Positions 1 through 10,935 of a DNA stretch of 64,000 nucleotides are shown piece after piece (position 1 is the first letter of the stretch; every line of letters begins with the position of its first letter). This stretch comes from Somniosus microcephalus (lineage: Eukaryota): assembly GCA_052327205.1 (NCBI GenBank), contig CM126211.1:157604001-157668000 (forward strand). The letters run 5' to 3'. A program made the position numbers and the translations under genes. The notes under the pieces were generated by a model, which searched no databases, was not told where the DNA came from, and saw nothing but the letters and a program-made list of their open reading frames with translations.

Positions 1-573
1 GTGTGGGCTTCCCGACAGCTCCAAACCACGGCAAGTTAGCGAGGCGGACTGTCGGGCTGAAGGACTTGGCGGGTTTGAGATGTCCGGTGTTCAGGTGAGT
101 GATGGGTGCATGAGTGCAGAGGTAAGTGTGTTTGGTGTGTGTAAAGTGTTTAAATAAGTTGTACTTACCTTTTCTTACTGATGCAGCCTTCCTTTCTTAA
201 GGTCTCGGGAGTCCCTCATCTCACCGGCACAGAAAGCAGAATGGCCGCGAGTTGTCAAAATCTGCGGCATTCTGCTTTCTGTTCTGGAGAGATCTCTAAA
301 TCAGCCTGAGAGGAAGGAATTAACTTAGAGTACAGATTGTCAGTGTTTGACAGCTTCAAAGAGCTGTCAAACGCTGATATTTCATCTGTCAAAAGCTCTT
401 GACAGATGAAATGTCAATCTGTGACGTCACCTGTTGCTGGGTGGCCCTTAATTGGCCTGCTGAGCAATCAAGTGAAAATCGAGTGGGTTGGCCACAACTC
501 GATGGAGGCGGGACTACAACCCCGACAGTTGTAGTCCCGCCTCCTACACGCCTCCATTGATAAAATCCAGCCT
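1..573. mobile_element. Right-hand part of a probable non-autonomous Harbinger-type element, rich in hairpins; left end lies outside the window
   Basis: Ends in GATAAAATCCAGCCT, whose reverse complement AGGCTGGATTTTATC resembles the TIR GGGCTGAATTTTACC at 15314. It carries GTGACGTCAC at 421-430, like the other Harbinger ends in this window. Confidence 0.5.
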
Positions 574-650
574 GATATCTCTGCAACTGTTGAGTTGCTC
601 AACCAGTCCCTCACCTGCACTTGTGATTCCCTCAGCTACAGCAAAAACCA

Positions 651-790
651 ATATATCGCCATTCCTTTGTTGTCACTGGGTCAATATACTGAAATTCTCT
701 ACCTAACACCATTGTGGAGGTCCTGTCACCGCAAGAACTACAGTACTTCAAGGAGCAGGCCCACTACTACCTTCTCGGGGCAAATAGGGA
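651..790 (+). mobile_element. Old 3' fragment of the LINE family seen at 19150-19911
   Basis: Aligns by eye with 19714-19850 (tatatcgcc...gtcactgggtcaa...ttcaaggagcaggccc...accttctcggggcaaataggg). Confidence 0.7.
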
Positions 791-1989
791 AGAACCTGTT
801 GGCTATATACCCTAAACTGCTCCAGCAGCTTTCCAGTGTAATGGATTTGTACAAAACAATCTGTATTTGGGAAGCCCGCCAGCATAGCTATTTGTGATGT
901 CATAAAGTGCCATGGTAAAAGTTTGCAATGAGTACTAAGTTCACAAGTCGGGTCATAAATGAGAGGAGCTAAAGCTAACTCTCTTCCATCAGCAAAAAAG
1001 AAAATTGTTCCTGGCATTACTATGCGTTGCTGTTGCATGTGTCCTTGTGTGATTGATGAGAGACTATAGAGCAGGTTACCTCCTGGTCTATTATCCAGTG
1101 TGTAGGATGGGAAGGGGGGAAAAAAGCATTTTTTACTTTTTAAAAAAAAATTGTGAAATGGAAAACCTTTACTAGATGTTAATCAAACTTCAAGAGTAAC
1201 TCCACCTGTAAGAAATAGCCATATTAAGAATCCCAATCTCTCCTTTTGAAACAAAAACATAAAACACCACATTTGATTTTGAAAATGAGCATTGTGTGAT
1301 CAATCAGAGTGGCTGATTTGTCCTTGTTGCCTACAGGCCCAAAATCTTGGTGTGAAAGGAAAGTGAAATTGAGGCAGATTCTCTGCCAAGGGTGGGGAAA
1401 AAGACAAAATTAGGGCTGGGTTCCTGCCTCATTTCCGCTCTAACCCAAATTCCTGTTGGGAGACAGGCCGGTTAAATCTGCTAACCTACCATTAAGGCAA
1501 GATTTTAGGGAAGTATTTAGGAATGTTGCGGCTTCTCCAGGAATTCCAGCCAGCAAGACTGCGAGTTAATGCAAAGAGTAGGCGTGATTTCTGTCTTGGA
1601 TATTTTTTTCTGTTCTGAGCTAAATGTTTTCTTTTTAAAATTATCTGAATTTGGGGCAAAATAGAGGAAGCGTCCAAATTGTACTGTACCTGATTTGGGA
1701 ATGCTTGATGCTATCAAGTATGTTTATATACAAGAAACTATACTTGTACTTTGCTTGTTTGTAAACACAGAATTGCTAATAATTGACAAATGATTTGCAA
1801 TGATTTATTATTGAAAATAACACTTTGCAATATATATATTTCTTCTGCACACAGTGATATTTGCTTGTCTGTTTTTTTTCACATTTGTCCTTGAGACTTC
1901 CAAAACCGGTTCCATCAAAAGTACAGGTTTATTTTGATTTCCTGTTTTTTCACTTTTAGCTGCTGAATTTTAAATATGTTGCTGAAGTA

Positions 1990-2728
1990 AATGTGCAGTA
2001 TTGAGGGAGTGCAGTGTTGTTGCAAGTAAGACATTAAACTGAGGTTGTATCTCCCTGTTCCTATGGTTCAGGTGGATGTTGAAGATTGCATTGGCCCTAT
2101 TCAAAGAAGTCTAGGTAATTTCTGTGTCTTGGTCAACATTTTTCCCTCAACTGGTGTTACCAAAAAACACATTAATTGGTCATTCATGTCATTGCTGTTT
2201 GTGGGACATTGCTGTGCACAGAATGGATTCTGCATTTTTAAAAATTTGATTAAATGTCAGGATGTGGGTCATGCTAGCAAATCTGCATTTATTGCCCTGA
2301 GAAGGTCCTGGTGGGTCTTCTCATGATTTTCAACTAAATGGATTTCTTGGCCACTTCAGAGGGCACTAAAGGTAAAGCACATAGTGAGTCTGGAGTCTAG
2401 TGTAGGCCAGACCAAGTAAGGTTTTATGCCCTGTGAAACATTAGCAAACCAGTTGGATTCTTACAACAATCTGGCAACTTTCATGGCCATTTGTGGGCTG
2501 GCACCAGAAAAAAAATTATAAATTTATTGAACTTAATTTTGCAACTACTTGTGGTGGTATTTGAGCACTCAATCTTTGGGTTGTTAGTCCAGTTCCATAA
2601 TACTACACTAACATACCCTGTTACCTATATAACAGTAACTGGACTTTAAACAGTTCATTGTACATTAAGTAATTTGGTTTGTTTTTGAGGTGTGTGATCA
2701 GGTGCTATATAAATGTAAATTTTCTTTA
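1990..2728 (+). mobile_element. Degenerate Deu-core tRNA-type SINE, interrupted by a second SINE
   Basis: Blocks gcagtattgagggagtgc, caggtggatgttgaagat and cattgctgtttgtgggacattgctgtgc, and 3' end ggtgctatataaatgtaaattttcttt. Colinear with 26385-26730. Confidence 0.65.
2245..2612 (-). mobile_element. tRNA-headed SINE with a LINE-derived body and tail, nested in the Deu-core SINE
   Basis: Minus-strand tail gggcaataaatgc...acccacatc matches the LINE tail at 19853-19891. Body gccctctgaagtggcc matches 33411-33426. A degenerate tRNA-like head lies at about 2550-2610. Confidence 0.6.
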
Positions 2729-3169
2729 GCAGCAGGGAATGAATATTGTTCCAGAATACTTTGAAAATGCTGAATTTTAATTGCAGGGAAAGCTGGCAAA
2801 ATTCTTTATGGTAAATATGCTGATGACATCATATTTGGGTCCAACTAGCAACCTGGAGCAATGAGAAAAATTGTCAAAGCATATAAATTGTTTAACTATA
2901 AAATGTCTTGTAATACTTTCTCTTATAAACTACAGTAGTCGTTGGAAGAATGCAATGCTCCCTCTTGGTATCAATCAGTTTCCTGACCAATTTATGGAAA
3001 AGTAATAGCTTGCATTTATATAATGATTTATCACATCCAAAGCAATTCACAACCAATGAATTACTGCAGCCACTGTTATATGAAGTCAAACACTGCAGCC
3101 AATATGTACACAGAGTAAATGAGCTGAATGACAATTTAATCTGCTTTTGATTGTTTTGATAGAACAACG

Positions 3170-3385
3170 TATTGTTTTTTAGGTAGTGCCATGGGTTCTT
3201 TTACGCTCACCTGATCAGGCGGAAGGGATCCACTATCCAAAATATGGCACCTCCAATAATGCAGCAGTTCATCTGTGCTACACTGAAGTGTCAATGTAGA
3301 TGATGTGCTCAAATCCTGGAGTGGGGCTTGAACCCAAAACCTTCTGATTGAGGTGAAAATGCTACCAACTGAGCCAAGCTGATGC
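3170..3385 (-). mobile_element. 5' half of a Deu-core tRNA-type SINE
   Basis: Minus strand reads cagcttggctcagttggtagc...gggttcaagccccactccagg (pol III A and B boxes), then gacacttcagtgtagcac...caggtgagcgtaaaagaacccatggcact. Confidence 0.7.
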
Positions 3386-3501
3386 ACTTTGTGATGTTTT
3401 GCTCCAGAGTATTATTCCATGATATTGAAGAATTTTTCTCAGTGACTATCATTAACATAGATAAAGATTAATATTTTAATTTACATGCTTCTCATTAATA
3501 G

Positions 3502-3678
3502 TGGATTATCTGGCTCAAGCTTTTGACATTCTTCTTGTCGACCTGAAGACAGATGAAGGCAAGGCTTTGTTCTTGGAGTACCAGGCTGTGCAGATTATTA
3601 TTTGTTACCTGAAACCCTCTAGTAAAAGTCTGCTGTACAGTGCTGTTGACATCATTCTACAGATGACAATGGAGTCAA
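3502..3678 (+). CDS. CCDC138: CCDC138 internal coding exon (DYLAQAFDILLVDLKTDEGKALFLEYQAV...LQMTMES)
   Basis: AG acceptor at 3500-3501 and GTAAGT donor at 3679. The peptide matches the conserved C-terminal region of vertebrate CCDC138 as recalled (DYLAQAFDSLCLDLKTEEGKTLFLEYQAV). Splices in frame to 24347. Confidence 0.9.
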
Positions 3679-5560
3679 GTAAGTATCTATATACAGTAGA
3701 ATTTTCCACGTAATAAATCTGAACAATAAGCCAAGATTTTCCCAGAGAACTAAACTGAGCTGCCATATTAAACTTTTGCTAAATGTTACCTAAAAATGTT
3801 ACCTATGATGTGCAAACCTAGCAACATGACTTCTAAAAAGGTGAATGCAGTGGTCTTTGGCTGCTTAGCATTTGGTACAAACTGCAAGTACAAAAAACGC
3901 AAGCACATTTATTTATTTATCACTCCTTCAACTAATGATTCAGATTTGAACATGATTATAAAGACCATTTTAAAAGTCTGCTGCCAAGATTATAGATGGC
4001 ATTAAAAGTACTACTCCGTCTCAAAACATCTTACAGAAATTCATGTGCATACACTTGGTCTTTTGTTAAGAATGTATGTACAATAAATGTACTTCTGAAT
4101 TGATGGGAAAGTAATGGAATGCTTTATTCGGTTGTGCTATATAGATGCCACAGTATATGGTGTGTTACAAAATTCGGGTCTGCCTTAGACATTCATTGGA
4201 GTTCCACGGTGCTGGCCATTCCCGTAAGCTGTCTCATGTTCAGGAATGCACCCTTATTTCCCAATATCTAATCATAAAATAGCATACTCTCGGTCGTGAC
4301 CATTGGATATTATGTCTTTTACGCATGTCCTGAAGTGCACTTCTCCAATCTTTCAGTAGGTCGCCTCATGGCACAAGGCCAGATATTAATCATTAAGTTG
4401 TTATATTTTGTAGACAACAAGTGTGTGTACAGTGTAACAGCTATAATCAAATCATTCTTACTTCATTTCAAACCCCTTCTTGTGAATAATAATAATAATA
4501 AACCACTACTTCCCTCTCCCAGTTAGTGGGCCAAAGTCATTTACTTTTAGTCCACCTTAGTGGTGAAATAGACCAAAGCTAACACGGGCTTGGTCAGCAT
4601 TAGTCTTACAAAAGATGCCTTTTTGCAGTTGTCTTCTAATCCCAGGAGGTGTTCAAAATTGGTGCATAGTGACTTTCACAGATATCTTTAGAGAGGGAAA
4701 TTCCTATCCTCTACACTCCCTTTTGAAAGCATCATAGTAAAGCATTATTATCTTGAACCCAAGTTCTACCATTCTATGGTTTTGCAGTTTTGAATACTGA
4801 TGTACCAGTGTAATCGTCCTTTTTATCCACAGGCTAATTTTGGACATCAATCTAAAGCAATTGTATACTTCCTCATTAGCTTGTACTTCATAACCATTAG
4901 GATCTTTCCGTTATAAACGGGGTGGGGGAGGGAGGAATTTACAAGGACAGGACCCTTTTCATAGCTTCGCTTATGATTGCCTAGTAAAAGCTATGCGATG
5001 TCGCCTGAAAATGGCTTTGATAGGTATTGCAGCAAAGGCCAATCTTCTTCTAGTCCCTGTTATCAACAGCAATGCGATACAGTTGCTGTTCTGCAGGAAG
5101 AGTTTTTTGAGTCCTGTGTTTTTCCTCACTTCCTGAATGGACTGTTAGTTCTGCTAGTATCCACAACTTTCCTGTGCCTTTATGTGTGGCTTTCCCTGTA
5201 GTATTCTAATCATTAATCATTAAGTTATGAAGCCTAATTTTATGAGGCCAGGCTCTCAGTGCGGAGCCTTGCTTGCCAGGAGTGCAGATTGCAGAATCAT
5301 GCTCCTGATTTTACAGTCATTAAAATTAATAATTGGAAGATCAGGAGGACCGAGAATTAAGCACACTGACCTCTGCACCCGATCCTATGATCTGCAGTCC
5401 GAGAAAGACTGTGTCAGGAATCCTGTCTCGCAAAATTTATCCTATGGTGTCTAATTCCAGTACTTGAGTTTTCCTTCTGTATTCCAGTCTTGCCAAAGTG
5501 GAACATCTGCATTTCGTCTGTGGATTACAAATGACCTTTGTTGTAACTTTAGATTAATAC

Positions 5561-5762
5561 TGTAGTGTCCGTGTGTAGATAAAGACACTGAAGACAGGAG
5601 TTGGTTCATAGGTATTTACTAAGCAAGTCTGGGGGGGGTTTCTAAAGGATATACACAATACACAGGCTTATATAGCCCAAGTGGCAATTACCGGCATTAC
5701 GCACACCTGGGGCTCTTAAAGGCACATACACCATAATTGCTCTTAAAGGCACATACACCACA
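5561..5762 (-). repeat. Gypsy 3' LTR (202 bp)
   Basis: Same as 10267-10469 except a G8 versus G9 run. Internal 22-bp direct repeat GCTCTTAAAGGCACATACACCA at 5712-5733 and 5739-5760. Confidence 0.95.
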
Positions 5763-5852
5763 ATTCCTCCCCTTCTAGCTAACTAGTACATCATATTTTA
5801 AGTAATTATTAATTACATGTTATATGCAAAATAATATACATTGCTGTATTAA

Positions 5853-8800
5853 TTAATTATAAGTTAGTCTCTCAGGAGGCTTCCTGACTCGGTCCGGATA
5901 ACGCCTCAGGGGTGTAGTAGTTTCTGGTGGTGTAGTAGGTTCTTCTGGCAAGGCTGATTCGGCTTGAAGGCCAGTGTCGGGTTCATCGGGCTCCAGTATC
6001 ACCGGATCGGAGGTAGATATGGGTATCTCTACTTCATCGTTAGATGTATAGAGTGGTGGTGTAGGTTGTCCCTTTTCGGATGACTTGATGATTTGGTCAG
6101 CATGGCGCCTTATTATGCTGTCTCCGATGTCCACGGTATACATCAGTGGTCCTAATCGTGTGCAGATAGTTCTAGGCTGCCATTTCTCGGTACGGTAGTC
6201 CCGGGCCAAAACCAGTTGGCCTATCTGGAAGGCCCTAGTTGGCCTTTCATTCATGCCCTGAAACTGCCGGTTCTCCACGTCCCTTCGGATGTTGGGCTTG
6301 ACCAAATCCAGCCGGCATCTTAGGTTTCTATTGTAGAACATCATGTCGGGAGTTTGGTTAGTAACCATATGCGTTGCATTCCTATATGCAAATAAGAAGT
6401 TATCCACCTTGTGCTGAAGTTTTATGTCTTCATTACCCATGACCTTGATGGCCGGACAAACCTTTCAGCCAATCCATTGGTGGCGGGATGGTATGGGGCG
6501 GACGTGTAGTGCTTTACCCCATTGTTCTTTAAGAACTTTCTGAATTCTTCGGACACAAATTGCGGTCCATTATCAGAACATATCTGCTCCGGCAGCCCAT
6601 TCCTGGCAAATATGGTCCTTAATACTGTGATGGTTTTTTCCGTGGTGGTGGAGGACATCTTTATTACCTCCGGCCACTTGGAGTGTGCATCAACTGCGAT
6701 TAAGAACATTGAGTCCATAAATGGACCAGCAAAGTCGATGTGCACCCTTTGCCAGGGAGATGAGGGCCACTCCCATGGATGTAGAGGGGCCTGTGGCGGA
6801 GCATTTTGGACCTTCTGGCATCCTAGGCAGCTCTTGGTCATGTCTTCGATGTCTCCATCGATACCTGGCCACCATACAAACGCCCTAGCTAGGTTCTTCA
6901 TTTTCACTCCACCCAGATGCCCCTTGTGAAGCTCCTTTAGCACTTTATCCTGGAGTTTGGGTGGAATCACCACTCTGGATCCACACATCAAGGTTCCTCG
7001 GCACACTGACAGCTGTTCTCTTCTTTGCGAGAATGCTGGCAACAGTGGTTCGCCATGTGCTAGCCATCCCTTCACTGTTAAATCGTAGACCCGTGAGAGA
7101 GTAGGGTCATTTCTTGTCTCCCTTTCAATGGCAGAATTTGTCACCGGTAGACATTCCACTATGGTAGAGTGGAATATCTCTACTGGGTCTACTGTAGGTG
7201 CCTCTTCTATCATTGGCAACGGTAGGCGTGATAAACCGTCAGCATTCCCATGCTGTTTTGACCCTTTGTATTCAATGTTGTATTGGTGTGCCCCTAGAAA
7301 AAGGGACCACCTCTGTAGTCTTTGTGCCGTCATAATGGGGACACCTTTTTTAGGGTTGAATATGGAGATGAGGGGTTGATGGTCAGTCAGCAAGGTAAAT
7401 TTTTGTCCGTGTAGGTAATGGTTGAATTTCTTCACTCCCCATACCAGGCTGAGTGCTTCTCTGTCTATCTGGGCATAGTTACGCTCAGCTGAGTTCAATG
7501 AGCGTGACGCAAAAGCTATCGGCCGTTCCGAGCCATCAGGGAATCTATGGGACAATACCGCTCCTATGCCGTAAGGGGATGCATCGCACGCCAGTCTGAT
7601 TGGTAGCGATGGGTTGTAATGAGCCAAAATTTTCTCGGATGTGATTAAGTCTTTACATTTATGGAAGGCACGTTTACAGTCTTCGTTCCATTTCCAAATC
7701 ACTCCTGTCTGTAGAAGATCATTAAGAGGGTGTAGAATAGTTGATAAGTTCGGTAAAAATTTATGATAGTAATTTATTAATCCCAGGAATGACCTTAATT
7801 GTGAAACATTTTCAGGTGCTGGGGCTTTTATAACTGCTTCAATTTTTTCAGGTGACTTATGCAACCCTTCCTTATTAATTATGTGGCCACAATATGATAT
7901 CTGATTTTGGAAAAATTCGCACTTGGGGCGATTTGCTCGTAGGCCCCGTTCTTTCAGCCTAGTGAGCACCTGCTCCAAATTGGCAAGGTGCTCGTTGTCG
8001 TTTTCTCCTGTTATAAGGATGTCGTCTAGGTAGCATTGAGTCCCCGGAATCCCTTGCAGGACTTGCTCCATAGCTCTTTGCCAGATAGCTGGAGCTGATG
8101 CTATTCCAAAAACCAGTCGATTGTACTGGTACAGGCCTTTGTGTGTGTTTATTGTGAGATACTTTTTAGAGGTCTCCTCAACCTCCATCTGTAGATATGC
8201 CTGTGCCAAGTCAATTTTTGTGAAACGTTTCCCTCCGGATAGTGAGGCGAAAATATCTTCTATCCTCGGAAGAGGATACTGTACCGTGTGAAGGACCGGG
8301 TTTACAGTCACCTTAAAGTCCCCACAGATGCGAATTTTTTTCTGTTCCTCAGAGTTATTTTTCAATGTTTTTTTCATGACTGGAACGATGGGTGTTGCCC
8401 ATTCGCTCCAATCTATTTTGGATAATACGCCTGCCTTTTCCAAATTCTTCAGCTCTGCCTCAACTGCCGGACGTATTGCGTATGGCACCGGTCTTGCCTT
8501 AAAAATTTTTGGAATTGCTGTATCTTCCACTTTTATTGAGGCGGTGATGCCTTTCAAGGTTCCTAGTTTCTCTTGAAACACTTCTTTGGCATTGGCCAAG
8601 ATGTCTTTTAATCGTTCAGGTATGATGTCATCATTGTTTTTTTCCTTACTGGTCACCGTCAGTGCCTGAATGGAGTGCCAGTCTAAACGTATCTTCCTTA
8701 TCCATTCACGTCCCAACAACGGTGGACCACCATCTTGTAGAATGTATAAATACAACTTTTGTATTTCTTTGCCATTGTATACCACAGGCACCCTTATTTT

Positions 8801-9826
8801 TCCTTTGGGGTAGACTTTCTGCCCCGTATATGTTTTTAAGATAATGGATGTGTCTTTTAGAGGTATATGCGAAAATAGCCTCTCGTAATCTCGTCGATTT
8901 ATTACGGTTAGAGCTGATCCTGTATCTAGCTCCATTTTAACTGGGGACCCTGCTATTGTGAGGGTAACCCAAATGGTTTGGTAATCCTCTTTGGCAAGTA
9001 CATTATGTAATTTGAGACAGCTTAGTCTCTTGTTTCCGGAGTCGCTATCGCTATTCTGGTCTTCGGAGCTATTGTCCGTCATCATTTGTACCTTCCTGTA
9101 CTTTTCTTTATTGATTTTTTGTTTTCTGTCAGTGGATTTATTTTGTCCAGATTGGCATACCCGTGCAATGTGTCCAATCTTACCATATTGCCTGCATGCT
9201 TTGCCCTTGAACCAGCAGTCCCTCTGGTTATGGGTGGATCTGCCGCAGCGATAACATCTTCCGAACTCCTGTGTCATTTTATGGGTGCCGAAGTCCTGTG
9301 TCTCTTGTTGTATCTCTGCAGCTCCTTTTGCTGCTGCTTCGTATGATACAGCCATACTGAAAGCTTTGTCCAATGTTAAATCTTTTTCAGAAAGCAGTCT
9401 TTTTTGTGTTCCTTCACTTAAGAGACCGCAAACAAATTTGTCTCGAAGATAATCCGATAGTCCTGCTCCGAATTGGCAGTACTTTGATAGCTTTCTTAAT
9501 TCGGTTAGGTAATCGGCGTTACTTTCATTCTTGTGTTGATTTCTCTTGAAGAACTTGAATCGTTCCGCTATCAGCAGCGGTGTTGGGTTTAAATGCTCCT
9601 GCAGGGTATCAACAATTTCTTTAAAAGTCTTGTCCTTTGGTTTGGCTGGAGTGATTAAATTTCGTAACAGCCCGTATGTCTTCGCGCCCATTAAGTTCAG
9701 AAGTACTGAAGCTTTTTTTTCATCTGTTATTCCATTTGCAGTGCAATAAACCTCTACTCTTTCCACGTATGTGGTCCAACCTTCTATTTCGCCATCAAAA
9801 GCCTCAATATTACCAGATTTAGGCAT
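5853..9826 (-). pseudogene. Gypsy gag-pol single ORF (Gag-CCHC, protease, RT, RNase H, integrase) with one frameshift in the integrase
   Basis: ATG at 9826 (MPKSGNIEAFDG). Knuckle CYRCGRSTHNQRDC, protease LDTGS, RT YLDD, RNase H DAS...E, integrase HxxHxxx...CxxC then HIDF, SDNG and AERF. The frame changes near 6450 (ERFVR / AIKVMGNED). Confidence 0.93.
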
Positions 9827-10256
9827 TTCAGAAAAGATATGGCGCTTCCCGCGGTTTTTGTTTTTTTCTCTCTCTGTAGCAACGATATGGCGCTTCCCGC
9901 GCTTTCCCGCCGCTGCTACCGATAACAACGCTGTTTTACTGTGGTTTCCGTTTATTCACTGTTGGAGAGTCGTTCCCGACGGAGGTCTAAACGCTGACCT
10001 GCTTGCCGCGCCGGCCGTCTCTCAAGTGCACCCTCCCAGTCCGTTATTGCTTGCCTCCGATTTCGCTGCCTGTCTCAGCTGTAGAGCCTGCCGCTGGAGC
10101 TCCAGCCTGACGCCCAGGAAGGATTAGCGCAGTACCTGTCACCAGCTTGGCCAGCTGGTGAAACCACAGTTTCTCTTACTTCCTTGAGTCTTCTGGACGC
10201 TGGAGGAATCGATGTCCTTGAGGTGCTGCCGAATTGCAGGTAATTCCGTTTCCACT

Positions 10257-10265
10257 TCGTCGCCA
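10257..10265 (-). other. Primer-binding site TGGCGACGA
   Basis: Lies 1 nt inside the 5' LTR boundary. Complementary to a tRNA 3' end ...UCGUCGCCA, consistent with tRNA-Ser(GCU) as recalled. Confidence 0.75.
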
Positions 10266-10266
10266 C

Positions 10267-10469
10267 TGTAGTGTCCGTGTGTAGATAAAGACACTGAAGA
10301 CAGGAGTTGGTTCATAGGTATTTACTAAGCAAGTCTGGGGGGGGGTTTCTAAAGGATATACACAATACACAGGCTTATATAGCCCAAGTGGCAATTACCG
10401 GCATTACGCACACCTGGGGCTCTTAAAGGCACATACACCATAATTGCTCTTAAAGGCACATACACCACA
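10267..10469 (-). repeat. Gypsy 5' LTR (203 bp)
   Basis: Direct repeat of 5561-5762. The minus strand has TATATAA and AGTAAA, candidate TATA and poly(A) signals. Confidence 0.95.
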
Positions 10470-10589
10470 AATACAAGTGTTTTTGCTCGATTGTCATAGG
10501 GGTATCAGGAAGTGGTTTCGCAAAACTTTTTTTTTCTTTATCTTAGAAATTTTACCTGTGTTTATTCACCACAATTAGGAGATTAAGGC

Positions 10590-10935
10590 GGAACAAGTCT
10601 CTGACCATGCCAATGAGCTGAATGACCTTGTTCTATACTTAGTTTCTCACGTTAGAGAAGTAGTTGTATTGTGAAGATGTCTGTGCCCCCAGAGAGGAAA
10701 AAATCCAGATATAAATGGAAAACAGATGCGGTCCCAGCGCAGATTCTTGAGGTACACCAGTACTCATATTCTGCCAATTTGCAAAAATATCCATTATTGT
10801 TACTGTTTTCTTTCTGCCCTGTAGCCATCTGTTGATGTATGTGACACATTCCTTTAATACCACAGGCTTTCATTTTTGCCATAACTCTATTGTATGGCCT
10901 TCGAAAAATCCATATATACATTAAGCACATTCTCC
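10590..10935 (-). mobile_element. Highly degraded CR1 RT fragment
   Basis: Broken frames give KMKACGIKG, WLQGRKK and STGVPQESALGPHLFSIYI. Confidence 0.75.

Larger units (their letters stand above)
5561..10469 (-). mobile_element. Full-length Ty3/Gypsy LTR retrotransposon in the CCDC138 intron, antisense to the gene
   Basis: TG...CA LTRs at 5561-5762 and 10267-10469. 5-bp TSD AATAC at 5556-5560 and 10470-10474. PBS TGGCGACGA next to the 5' LTR and PPT AAGGGGAGGAAT next to the 3' LTR. Confidence 0.97.

Noticed and set aside
3320-3385. tRNA gene (A and B boxes on the minus strand)
   Set aside because: It is a degenerate SINE head that continues into SINE core sequence, with no clean cloverleaf.
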